A program made the position numbers and the translations under genes. From Camelus dromedarius (lineage: Eukaryota): 64,000 bases of DNA. This document shows, in pieces, positions 23,181 to 36,180 of this stretch (position 1 is its first letter; each line of letters starts with the position of its first letter). Location of the stretch: the NCBI RefSeq assembly GCF_036321535.1, contig NC_087437.1:35900001-35964000 (forward strand). Direction: 5' to 3'. The notes below the pieces were generated by a model. It was not told the origin of the DNA and made no database searches. It was given only the letters and a program-made list of their open reading frames with translations.

Positions 23181-26100
23181 ACAGACAACTAACTTCTTAG
23201 GGAAAAACTGAGGTCTTATTTATCTCTTTATGCATTTGGCCCAGATGGTTAAATATAGAAATTTGTTAAATATAGGATGAATAAATATATGAATTAATTT
23301 GTTGGTACATGTAAGAAAATTTAAAATATGTATTATTTTGAAGAAAGCAACCAGAAACTCATCCAAGAGTCGTGGGGTTTCATTAATTTTATGAAAGAGA
23401 AATATTTAACTTTTCACTCATTGAAATAATTAAAACTTAAAATTCAGAGGAAAGAATAATATTGAATTGGGAATTACTGGAGAAAATACTAAGGAGTTTG
23501 TGTTCCTTAAAATATGATTTAGAGTTTGACGTTAGCCACTTAAAAATAAATTATTTTTTAAAGAAAAAATAAACCAAGTAGAATATCCCAGTAGTTCTTT
23601 TAATATAATACAGTTAAGCGTCTTACTGCTGATCCTGGACCCTCCCATCCTGAGGCCATCGATGCACCATGCTTCCTCTGTTGTCAGTTTATGCTAACTC
23701 TAGGTCACATTACTAGCAGAAAAAATCCAGTATTTTAAGTCAGTCATTTGGTCCAAAAATAACAATGAGGAGCATACAGTAATGTTTATTAAAAGTGTTT
23801 TTGGTAAAAAGAAGTGGGTACCAATTGTTATTCCTTCCTTTCATTTGCTATCCATTGACTGTTGTTTCAGGATAAGACTTTCACTGCTTTTATATTCTAT
23901 TTCTGTTTTGCTTACTAGAATGTCTGAGTTACACATAAGTATAATTAAGCTTCACTGCCAGGCAAGCCTACTCATGGAGAATATTGACATTTATATTCTA
24001 TTGAATCTGCGGGGGGCTATAAGTGTTTTTAGTGCTTTCCAGTGAAACTTGAAGATATCCTATTGCTCCCAATCAGATAATTTATAAGAACCATTATAGT
24101 AAATTATAACCAGAATGAGTATAGGGACTATTTTGAAATATTCTATGTTATTTTGTTTTATTCAGAATAAGAGAAAATATATTTGTAGAGAGTACATGAG
24201 ATTTGGAGATTGGTATTCTGAAGTTCAAATCCTAGTTGAACTCGTATCACCTTGGGCAAACTTCTTAAGGGTTCTAATGTCCATTGTGAAAAGTTTCTGT
24301 TAGAATTGAAAAGAAAACAGCAAGTGTTTGTTAGCAGATAGGAGCTACTCAATTGGCCACTTCACTACTTAAATAGAGATTAGCTCTCATTTGAGATGAA
24401 GTAATGGTTGGGAAGTTTCCATATAGGTGTTGGCATTTGAGCTGGTCTTTAAAGAACATGTATAATCGTGATTGGAAGAGGGGTGGGGAAAAAAAAAAGA
24501 GACATGCAGTGCTTAAAAATGGTATAACTAAAATTATATTGCTGTGAGATTTTAAAACTTAAAATTTAACTGGACCTATTTATTTCTCCTTTTGGTCCTC
24601 ATTGTTCTTAACCTCCTTCATGAGTGATTTGTCAGTATAAATCTTGAACAAAGCAAACAACTTTTAGTCTATTATTTTTGTCTGGAAGATTGCCATTGAG
24701 ATTACACTTGGAGAGACAGAAGTATTTGTATGTATGTATGTTTGTTTGTATTTCCTTGATAAGTTCTTAATGATGTTACCCTAAGATTTTTTTCTATCCT
24801 TTACCACACATTGTGCTTTCCAGACTCTCAGGCAATGCATCCTGAGCTGACTAAATGGTTGATATTTAAAAAATTATATATATAAAATAATTATCATGTA
24901 GGCATTAAAATTAGAATAAAGATTTGAGGGAAAAGGCAAGTAGATTTTTCCTTCTGAACTAGTGGTGTAAACTACTGTGATTCTCAGTTTGAGCACAATC
25001 TGATTCTAAATATATGGATTATAAAGTGAAGAAAGTAATTTTTAGGATGTGATTTCATTATTAGAGGTTGGATTGTATTGTTGGATTATATTTGGAATTT
25101 AGTTGTAACATTTCAACCCAATTCTGTCTGCTTGCACAAGGTCATGTGGTTATAAGCTGTAGGATGTAAGGTTTCAGTGATATTTCTAAGGCAGTCAAAT
25201 AAATTATTGGTTTAATCAAGGGGATAATGAAAAATAAGTAAGTGTTCCCCTGAATATTTATATAGCATGTTAATATACTATTAAAGAATCACATTGTCAT
25301 ATTTTAGGTGCATTTTAACTCATCACTTTTATTTTATAAATGAAGATCTCATATCCTACTAGAAAAAAATGGACTAAACTTGCAATCTTTAAAGTCCTAG
25401 CCCACCTCACTGTTTTACCAAATAATGTATTTTTCTACAAGGTAAAGAAAATAGAATGTTTGGAATTAGAATTTTAAACTCAGCAGAAAGTATAAAATAA
25501 TGGGAGATTTTTCTTATTTCCACGGAAAATTGCATCTGGTCTTATTATCTCCTATAACCCCTGCCTCATAAAGCAGTCATTTGGTAGATGTATTTTATAG
25601 ATCTTTAAAAAAAATTTAGATTATAACTTGTTCTGATGTAGGAAGCAATCCTAAAGCCCCAGGCTAGGGCGTGATTAAGGTTCTTGAATATGAAGGAGCT
25701 ATGTAATATTTTTGGCATTTGGGAAATTTCTCAACGTGACATTGGTGTTAGATAAAATAGTGGAGTGATTTTCTTTCTAAAACTTTAGTACTTTGCAGAT
25801 ATACTGCAAAAACCTTCAAACACCAAATGGAGCTTATATAGTAAAGAATGATGCTTGTTTAGTTTTCTAGCCATGGCCTAAACCACCAGTGTTGGAAGAC
25901 ACTGATGCTGGTTATTTTCTGGCTAGAATGTCTGAAAAAGACAACTTCTGAAGTGCTGTATTCTTTTATTTGTTTTTCGTAGGTTGCATAATTTGTCAGA
26001 ATGGTTGCAGTGTGTTTTTAGGCCACTTGATTTGGAGCTAAGGACAGGGGCAAATCACAGCTCTCAAATGTTTTAAGTCCATCCTGAGTATGACCTTAGA

Positions 26101-26574
26101 ACTACCACATGCATCAGTGTTCTCCATATAGCATTCATGTCAAGAAGTTGCTGGAAGGAAGAAAGGAAAATAAAACCCCAAACCAAAAACCTTATCATTA
26201 TTTCACTGCAGACCTAGATATGACTATCTATTTCGTATCAACCACAGAAAGAAACTGCAGTTTTTCTTCTGTTTCAATGTGTCTTTACCTCTGAAGTACT
26301 TCCTCTGACTATGCCTGCCATATGAATGCTCTTGAAGAACACACCTTACTCTGCTTCTCTTTGCAAAACCTCCCAATAATCCCCCTTTTTTTAGTGGACC
26401 ATGTTTAGGCTTTTCAGTTTGGCATGGAAGCCTTTCTTCAACTTATGCAACAGACACACCTTTATCTTTTCATGCCTTCTCCTCATATATATTCTTTGCT
26501 TTGCACAGTATCTGTTTCTCTTCATGTTCCATACTACCGCTCTCCTGCCCTCTTTAAAAACATTCATTTCATTC

Positions 26575-27310
26575 TAAAATAAACAAACCTACTCTAACCA
26601 TATGATCCAGCAATCATGCTCCTTGGTATTTTCCCAAATAAATTAACAACTTACGTCCACGTCAGAAACTATAGATGACATTTATGGCAGCTTTGGAGGC
26701 CATCAAGATGTCCTTCAGTGGGTGAGTAGCTGGTACATCCAGACAATGGATTATTATTCATTATTAAATAGAAATGAGCTATCAAGCCCTGAAAAGACAT
26801 GGAGGAAACTTAAGTGAATATTACCAAGTGAAATAAGCCAATCTGAAAAGCTACACACTGTATAATTTCAAATGTTTGCTATCCCAGAAAAGGCAAAACA
26901 AGGGAGACAGTTAAAAGATGAGTGTCTGCCTCGGGCTGTGGGGAGGGAAACATGAATAGTAGGACATGGAGGACTTTTAGGTCAGTGAAAACTATTCTGT
27001 TTGATACTATATGATAGATCTGTGTCACTATACCTTTGTCAAAAACCATAGAATAAACAAAACCAAGGGTAAACCTTAATGTAGACTATGGACTTTGAGT
27101 GACAATGGCGTGTCACTGTGGGTTCATCAATTTTAACAAATTTGCCACTGTTCCATGGGATGTCAGTAGTGGGTGAGTTTGTGTGAGTGTGGAGACAGGG
27201 TGCATATGGAAACACTACTTTCCCCTCAGTTTTTCTATGAACCTAAAACTGCTCTAAAAAGTAAAGTTTATTAACTAAAAATAAAGAAGCAAAAAACAAA
27301 AAGAAAAGAA
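26575..27310 (+). mobile_element. L1MC1-like 3' end
   Basis: 'accatatgatccagcaatcatgctccttggtatt', 'gagctatcaagccctgaaaagacatggaggaaactt', 'aatgtagactatggactttgagtg' and 'gaacctaaaactgctctaaaaa', then an A-rich tail. Confidence 0.9.
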
Positions 27311-27332
27311 GAGCAGCTTGACAGCTTGGAAC

Positions 27333-27879
27333 TGTCCTGGCATTGCTGTTTAGTCCTTTATATTTCTAGGAGCTGCACTTACATCACTGGGCCTTGGTGT
27401 TCTGTTGAAGTGGAACAATTTCACAGAACACCAACGTCAGATGTGGTCACTGTGTGACTGTGATGGGTCAAAACCAAGACTACTCTGTAATTAATCATGT
27501 TTGAATGCAGGCAAAACATGAGCTTTATTCATGCTGTAAAAATGGCTAGATGTTTTACTCTCCTGTTCAATATTAATGACTGGTGTTTCAAATGTTCAGC
27601 CTCACCTTGTTCTTTCTGATAAGAATTCTGAAGGTAATCATAGAATCACCCTCTTTCTGACAGCATCCAATCCAGAGTTAAGCCTTGCTTTTTTGAAGCC
27701 TTTCCTCAGACACCTAACATGAGCTCAAAACCTCTAAGAAGTTCTTACTAACATCCTCTTCCTAAGATATACCGTGGTTCCTCATGGTGTGAGATCTCCA
27801 TCATTGAAATGCATCAGTAAGTCAACTTTGTTCAACCACAGTTGCATTTCTGATGGTCTTTGAATGGAGGACATCAACA
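27333..27879 (+). mobile_element. ERVL-class solo LTR (LTR41-like)
   Basis: 'aacaatttcacagaacaccaac', 'ctgacagcatccaatccagag' and 'aactttgttcaaccacag...ggtctttgaatggaggacatcaaca'. The subfamily name is from memory. Confidence 0.7.
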
Positions 27880-29798
27880 ATTATCCCTTTAATAATACAA
27901 GTCTGATTTTCTTAGACCTCTCAGCCCTCCTGTCCACCCTCTGTATTATCTTAATGTCTGTGTTTTCCATGTTTCAATTCATTTTCATATTAAATATTCC
28001 AGAGCATAAAGCATTTTAGGAAAAGATATTCCTACTCCTAAATCTTTATTTTATTCCAGACCAGAGTGTTTTTCTCTTTTCTGCCTACTGTGTTTCTTAT
28101 TTACTTATTTTCCTGTAGTCTGCACAATTTCCCTTGCCATCTTATTCAAGTTGCTTATGCTTCAGTTGGCAGTGCTCTCCAACATTTAATTTGTTCTTAG
28201 TTAGCATGAGTAAATTATTGTTAACAAACTTCATCTGAGAATTGTTTTTTTTCTTCTCTTAACTAGTTTGAGCAATGAGTGCTATTGCATTTACTTTGTG
28301 GTTGAAAATAGGGTGCCGTAGTGCAATACAACTTTGATGGGCTATGTAGCCATGGAAGGGGTGTCATTACATATGTAAGTCAGAATGCACTTCACCTAGT
28401 TGTATTTTATTCTGTCCTTATGAAGAATATAATGGGTTTTGGATAGAGGTCTCATTTTAATAGTGAACCTTCAAAAATAGTAATTCCTTGCAATTGTTCC
28501 TCTTCTGCTGAAATTCTAACCATCTGCAATGATTGTCACAGTTTGTTTTTCTGGAAATTAGATGATACTAAGTAAGAGTATTAGGAATTTATTGATACAC
28601 TTTCTCCATCTGGAATGGAAGGAGAAGAACAGAGCTAGCAGACACTGAATCATGTCTGAATCTTTTCTTTTTTTTTTTTTTTGTTATTTTCCTTACTACT
28701 GTTTTACTCATTTTTTATGGTATAAAGTTTCCTTCTGCAGTCTCCTCTGAATATTTGTCTTTTTTATGATTTTCTTTATATTTCCTCAATACTGAAGGAT
28801 GGATTATCTGTGATTCAGCTTTGTGTGTATTTGTGTCTTTATCATCTCCACCTAGAAGTTCAAATGAAGCTTCCTTTATATTCTAACTCACTAAAAATTA
28901 CTTTTCTTATCTTTTAAAAGATTTGCATCCATGAAAATTTCCTGATTTTAGCCGAAATAAATTTTCTCTCCTCTGAAATTTCTGACATGGTATTTAAGCA
29001 GGTGCCAAAATATGAATGAACTCTTTAGGAAGAAAATATCTTACACTCTTTGTATATTATGAAAAACTTACAAAAATATGTAGTATATAGGTTATTTCAG
29101 AATGAGTCATTAAGAATTTAAAAGTATGAACAAAATTATCAGGGACTCAATGCAACCACTGAAATTCTTTAAAAAGATATACATTTCTTTAAAAATTAAT
29201 AATCTACGCTCTCCTCTCCATTTTGAACTTTCTGTCTTCATAATATAACAATGTTGATGTCCTGATCAATAGCCTCTACCTTCTTCACACTTACATACCA
29301 AATATACACACATATATGTATATGAATTATTTTTACTAAAAAATTATTCATTACAGTTTTTTTTGCAAGCTGGCTTTCTCATTCATTAATGCATCATGGA
29401 CTTCCATCCATTCATCAAGTTCAACTAATTTAATTTTTCTAATTAAATGATTTTAAAGTATTTTATTTAGTCACTGAATATTTTCAATATTTTATGTCTC
29501 TAGGATATTTTCTTAAAAGCAAAACTATTAGATCAAAGGGCATGCACATTTATAATTCTGAAAGATAGTGCAAGGTTAAATTCTAAATGGCAGTGAAAAT
29601 TTACAAAGTGTAGGGCACACTTTCAACATATGAGACAGATGCTGAAAAGGAAGAAAACGTTTGAATAAAAGGAAAAAGATTTTAAAACATGTGTTGAGTA
29701 CAGTATAAATGATCTCCATGTATTTTCTTTTATAACTTCAGAGAAGATTTTAAAAGATATTTAGGAGAAGAAATTATATCCTTTATATGTATATAAAA

Positions 29799-29800
<2 letters not shown>

Positions 29801-29836
<36 letters not shown>
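29801..29836. repeat. (AT)18 perfect microsatellite
   Basis: Directly visible. Confidence 0.95.
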
Positions 29837-29842
<6 letters not shown>

Positions 29843-30889
29843 CACTTTATAAGTGAAAAATGGAGTTGATGATAGTTTAGTGTGACACAAGACAACATGG
29901 ATACTTTATACTGTTGCACTGTGTATTTGTCAACATTCTTATACATGCAAGTCAAATAACCCGGGGGTGTTACTCTGGAGAATTGTTGACCTTTGTTAAA
30001 TAATTAAGTCCTTGCTGCTACTTACCCTGCAATATGCTACACTGAGCTGCATGTGTGAGAAACATATAGATTGCAAAATAGCGCTAGCAATTCTCAGCAT
30101 CTACCTTTTGGGATTTGGGGTGTGAATTGACTTGAAATTACACTTCTCCCCAGCAGTGAGTTTCACACACGTCACATGTCTTACCTACATCTTAAGTCGT
30201 GCATTCCCCGCAAATGGCTGGGGAAAAAGCATCCAATCTTATTTTTGTGATATAGTAATAGAAAAAAATGGAATTTTCGGTAGTCTTAGGTGTCATTGTG
30301 ATGACATTACACTGAGGTCTGAACATAAATAGTCTCTGACAATTTATAGGTATATTTTCACTAAAATATCAAAAATTAATTAGTATTTACTATCAATGGA
30401 ATTTTACAATGGTTCAATACTCTTATTCAGTTTATTAAAATTGTTTGAGAAAGGCTAAGGTAACTTATTTATACAACCAAGTATAGTCTCATCTAAAAAC
30501 AGTAATCTCACTGATAATTAAATTTTTAAAAAAGTATTCTTTGAGATTCAAACCATTTTCTTAACCTGTGTTGAGGAAAATGTCATTCATTCACATCTGA
30601 GTCTGTTCCTGAATTGTATGAACAAATGCTAATATCATTTTTCACAATTGTGGAAGATCTTAAAGCCAGTATGATTTACTGCTTATGAGCTCTACCTTTG
30701 ACATTAAACGTCACTTTTGTCTGAATCTTGGATTTACTTGTTCCTTAGAATTTAGGTTTTCGGAGGTTAAGCAAATTTCCCTGCAAAATATACTACTTCT
30801 TACTTATATAATTGGAGGGCCAGCATGAAGTTATGCTTTCTGAGAGTGGCATACACTTACTTTTTATAAGTTATAATTTTGTATTTATT

Positions 30890-31030
30890 TATGATTAATA
30901 TATTTCCTTATAAACTAGGAGTGCCATCAAGTAGAGATATTGTGTCTATTCTCATCATTGTAGTCTGACTGCCTTCCGTAGACCTGCCACTTAGTAGGCC
31001 CTCAGAATGTATATGTTAAACCAATGAAAA
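30890..31030 (+). mobile_element. L2 3' end fragment
   Basis: 'gtgtctattctcatcattgta...cctgccacttagtaggccctcagaatgtatatgttaa'. Confidence 0.6.
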
Positions 31031-33505
31031 ATGTATAAAAATAGCCTAGTGCGATGTCTGAAACTTAATCAATATTATTATCAAAGATAGCTATTCATTT
31101 TAAAGTGCTTTGTAGCCCATGATCTATTAAAATTTGGCCTTTGAGATTATACATGACTACTTAAACTAGGAGGGCAAATTTCTTTTAGGTCTTAAAAGAA
31201 TTTTTAAGATTTTTTAAATGATTTTTAAATGATTGATGAAAAACAAACAAAAAAATGGAGTTAATAACTGTTTTACTAAGTTTTAGCCTGAGAACCCCAA
31301 AATGACTTATTTCCAATCTAGTTGAATTAAAGTTATAAAAAATGGTGTTGCTCATGAGATACTGAGAGGCCATTAAATATAGAGATGCTAGGAGTCTACA
31401 CAATAATAAATGAGATCAGTTGAATGTCATAAGCACTCTTCCTTGATATGGTTATTTTAAATTACTACAAACATAGTGATAATTAATTACATTTCCTGAG
31501 ACTATAAACTCACTTTCTATACTGAGAGCTGAAAACAAATCTGAGATTTGATAGCAAAATGCAAGTGGCGCTTGTTGTTTTTTAAGTGTTCCCTGGAATA
31601 AGTACTTGAACAGGATAAAGATAAAAGGGCAATGCCAAAAAGATGATTTATTTCCCAATTGTTCATTCCTTTCCAATAAGCAAACAACAATGCTACACAT
31701 TGTGGGAATGCACTATTTTTGACACAGGAAAAGAAACCTGTACTTCATCATGATTTCTTTTATTTTTTAATACACAGTTTCTTTTGATTTAAGAATTCAA
31801 GCAAATTTTGATATTTTGAACATCTGGGTCATTCTGTGTCTCTCTAGAGCTTATATCATGGAAAGGCTAAGTAATTCCACTTTTCAAATAAATGTCCAAA
31901 AAATAAGCAGTCTAATAGATCACTAATATGCAAATATTGTTCAATAAAATGTTAATGTATAGAAAGTACTGCATGTCATTAAAGATTTTGTTTGCTCAAA
32001 ATTGGTACTAAGTAGTATTCCCATAGCAATAATGTGAAACTAATATCAACTGAAATCAATCTCTGATATGAATGTGACACAACTCTTACTTGGTAAGAAC
32101 AAGAAATTACAGATTCTGGTTCCTACGAATCTGCTCAGCCTAGATGATTCTCGTTGTTTCATAATGAAGTTAAAGCCTCTAGCACCTTATTCAGATCACT
32201 CAGATGGTTGATGGTAGAACCCAAATTAATATCCAGGCTTCTCTCCTTATAGCCTGTTGTCTTATTCAGGACACAGCAGAGAAGTTATTAATTAGCAACT
32301 TGACTCAGGCATTTTTGTCAAGACAAACCATTTACATTAAGTCATATGTTCTGCTTTGAATAAATTTACATTTAGCAATAAGATACAGAAAAATGTGTGA
32401 GCATTTCTTAAGCTTTAAAATCTAATATTAACACATTCTCCTGACAGGAAAGTTTTCCTATTTATATGACCTTACTGAAATCATCAAATGATTATATGTC
32501 ATGATACAATCACAAATTTAATAGATTCATAAATTATCTAATTTTCCTTCCAACTTAAAATAATGGGTGTGTAATTATTAGTCTAATGGTAATAGCAAAT
32601 AAACACATGAAAACAAGTATTTGAATCTTTTTTCATTTTAATATTTACTGTTACCACAACTGAAATTAATTATTCTACATGTTTTATTCAATTATGATTG
32701 TTGAATTTCGAGTTTTTTAGAGCATATTCTAAATGATGTATGTATTCAAAACAAACATAGGACAAGTTATAAGAAAATGTCAAGCCAAAGTTGTAATTCC
32801 AAAGTTTGCCTATTTCAGTTTCTTTCAGAACATTTTCATCATATGGAATTAATACTCTTCATCTGTTCCTTGTGCTAATTTTCTCTTCCCACTGGAGCAT
32901 AGAATGTTAAAAATCACTAATTTATTAATTTTCCTTAAAATTAAAGCTTAGATGAATGTCCTGGACATATGGTGATTTCCTCATCATGTATTCGTTTTGT
33001 TCAGAATGTGCACCCTTTGAACTTAAAAGCTGGGCCAGGTTATAATGAAATGTCTGGAGAATAATAAATTGAAAATACAACCAGAGGCACTTTTTCTGTT
33101 TCCGTTGTATCACTAGTGCCATTATTTTGTCCAATAATACTGAGTTTGGGGAAACCATGAGATATAGCTAATATATTTCTACTTTGAAGCCTGAGGCACT
33201 TAATGATTTACAGTAATAAGTGTCTGCCCACAATATTGCCATCACTGTTTTTAAGATATGGTGCAAATCCAGGCAGAGGTCTGGCCCCACAGCCCTCTTA
33301 GTCTTTTTTTTTTTTATTTTCGCCTATCTACATAATTTCACAATATCATGGTCATCTCTTCTTGTTGTTTACCTCAGACAAGAGCTAAAGATAGAAACAG
33401 CCACCAGAGACTATCAATATTTTTGTAAATCCATGAAAAAAAGCTAATTTATTTTATTACAAGGTGTATTTAACTGTTTAGGCTTATTCTCAAGAATCTG
33501 AAGCA

Positions 33506-33652
33506 GGGGCGGGTATAACTCAGTGGTAGAGTGTATGCTTAGCATGCCTGAGGTCATGGGTTCTATCCCCAGTACCTCCATTAAAAATAACTAACTAAAT
33601 AAATAAACCTAATTACCTCTTCCTCCCCTCTAAAAAAACGTTAAAAAAAAAA
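33506..33652 (+). mobile_element. Camelid tRNA-derived SINE (Vic-1 type)
   Basis: tRNA-like head 'ggggcgggtataactcagtggtagagtgtatgcttagcatgcctgaggtcatgggttctatccccagtacctcca' with A and B boxes, then 'aaataaacctaattacctc', an A tail and a decayed TSD (aagaatctgaag / aagaatttaaaa). Confidence 0.9.
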
Positions 33653-34473
33653 AAGAATTTAAAAACTATTTGTGCTTTTCAGATTTTAAAAGAATAGCTT
33701 GTTGAATTTCTTGGATGTACTATTTATTTTATAGCCTATGAAAATATCTTCCATGAATAATACTAAAAAGCAGTCTGGCTGAGATGGCTTAGAAATTAAT
33801 CTAGTAAATGTGATGAAAAAGCTCATGAAAAATATGAATCGATGCATACACAGACAAGAAGTATAATCCTGAGGGTAGGACTCCTTGTTTCCTTTCTCTT
33901 TCTTCTTTAGTTAGCAGAAATGCCTTTGCTTTAGCTCTGGTATTTTGCTCCAAGGGAATTCAGGTTGTAATTAGCCAATTCTGTATAACTAAGTGGATGA
34001 AGTTAGTTCTCACAGTGTAAGTATGTCATATATAATCTCAAAGGCTATGTGGGCTATGATGCATGTTATAGTTTATTTTTCTCATTGTCTTTTTTATCCA
34101 AAACCTGTGTTGTCGAAACATTCTTAAGTACCATGCTAATGCACATCACTAACTCTAAAATATGTATGCATTTTACTTAGAATTGGATTATTAGAACATA
34201 TGGCTTGCCCTTCCTAACTAACTGCATGCAACATTTTACTATTGCTTTTGCGGTCATACTGCTCCTTTTGCAACAACGTATCTGGGTAAAATATTACATA
34301 CTTTAAGATGTCCTTGATGTCCTCTGCTGTTATGTTTTTACTTCTTTGATACTTTTTCTATTATTTTGGCCATTTCAAGAGAGGCCAAAAATGCTCCAGG
34401 AATATTGGAGTGATCTGGAACTCTTAGCTCCATGGCTACAAGGTCAAAACCTATTCAGGGATTAAAGTGTGTT

Positions 34474-34496
34474 GTGTGTGTGTGTGTGTGTGTGTG
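34474..34496. repeat. (TG)n microsatellite
   Basis: Directly visible, about 11 units. Confidence 0.9.
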
Positions 34497-35134
34497 GTAA
34501 GGGTGGGGGAGTTCTCCCATAACCCATAGCCACCCTGTCCAGCCTGTGTTATAGTTCACACTTTCCGTGTGTTGTCATCCTCACCTGCATCTTATCTTTG
34601 GGGGAGCCATCAAGTCTGTTCCTAGTAAAGAGGAGAGATTTTCCTTATTTTTCTTAGAGACCTCTCCCAGATTTTTTTAAACCAGAAATTCTGTTTTTTC
34701 TTGGGCCAGTTGTTAAAATGTCTTTCCGTGTAACCATAACTATATTTTCTCTTTTCATTTTTTCCTCCATTTTCATTCAAATCCTTTGAATCAAATCCAT
34801 AGTTTTGCAGATGTATGCTTTCCTGGAGATAAGCTCAGAAATGCTCCTAACTCTTCTGATGACTTTGCAATTATTTAGATTCCTGTCATCCCTGCCACCA
34901 AAATACATACACACAAACATATACATACACGTACACATTTACATACATTTAGCTTCCCTCCTAAAGCTACTTTTTTCCTAGGAAAAAAAAGTCCTTTAGT
35001 TGAACGATTTAAACTCTACATCAATCCCTTTCTCTCTCTTTTCCCCTACCCCATGTGTGTATAGATAGATAGATAGATATGCATATGGATGCATGTATAT
35101 CATTTAAAAATATTATACGACTATTCTTTAACGA

Positions 35135-35230
35135 TATCTTGTCCAAGGTCACTTAATCAGTAAGTGGTAGAGCATAGATTTGAACTCACTTCTTTCTGTC
35201 ACTAAGACCCATGGCATTTTACTGTATCAC
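35135..35230 (-). mobile_element. MIR fragment
   Basis: 'cttgtccaaggtcacttaatcagtaagtggtagagcatagatttgaactc'. Confidence 0.75.
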
Positions 35231-36089
35231 TAAATACGTTGTGCCCTAGAAGAAGACAGTAGGTTGACGGCCATTTGATTCCCTAGAACTGAAACTTGAG
35301 CAGTGCTGTACAATTCCCACAGCCTTGTCATACATCTTATCCCATCTGAGCTTCTCCACCGTAAGGACAGACTGTGAATTACCTCTCCGGTTGAAACAGG
35401 GGAGAAACTGGGGGTCACAGGCCTGTGGGCTGAGAGGGAGAGAAATCCCAGGATCAGTGAGAGGATTTAGAAGTGATATCCGAAATGCCCTTACAGGTCA
35501 TGCAGATGCTGTAACAAATGAGGGATTCATTTTTGAGAAACTCTTGCTGGTGCAGAATGCATCAATGAGCAGATGACAGGATGGGGGCTCTGGATTGTGT
35601 CAGTGAGGTGATTGTCTTCTTTGCATTGGATTTATTTCATGCCTTCAACCTTTAGTGGGGGTGGGGGGCTCAACAATGAATAGTGAAAAATCGAGTGGAT
35701 GTATTTGTCTCGTCCTCCTCATCCATCAATTTCCTTTCTCAGTGCTCCCTTCATAAGTCCTGTTGTACCACGTGCGTGCCCTAGGCCCTCTGCTTCCCCT
35801 GGGCTGGTGGTCTGCTCTCCTCAGACTGCCTTGTGACTGGAGCTGTCATTCTGCCCCAAGCCCACTCTACATTCTCAGCGTAATAAATTAGTGTAAAAAA
35901 TCTGTTGTAACAAATACTGATTGGGTGGCCATCCCGTAACAGAGCTTCAAATTAGAAAAAGAAATTCTGGAAAAAGAATATTCAAAATAGCAATATGATC
36001 ATTATAATCATTGTAACTACTATTTCTGGGGCTCATGTGTATGAGGAGATTTCTCAGACAAATATGTCCTGGGATTCTTTTTTTTTTTA

Positions 36090-36180
36090 AGGAGGCACTA
36101 TGCTTAGCACTTTAACATTATCTTCTTTAATCCTTACAAAAGCTCCATGCGTTAAGTGTCTCGTTTCCATTTTTCCCTTT
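36090..36180 (-). mobile_element. MIR fragment
   Basis: 'aggcactatgcttagcactttaacattatcttctttaatccttacaaaa'. Confidence 0.65.

Noticed and set aside
33506..33580. tRNA gene
   Set aside because: Degenerate stems plus SINE body, A tail and TSD show it is a SINE head.
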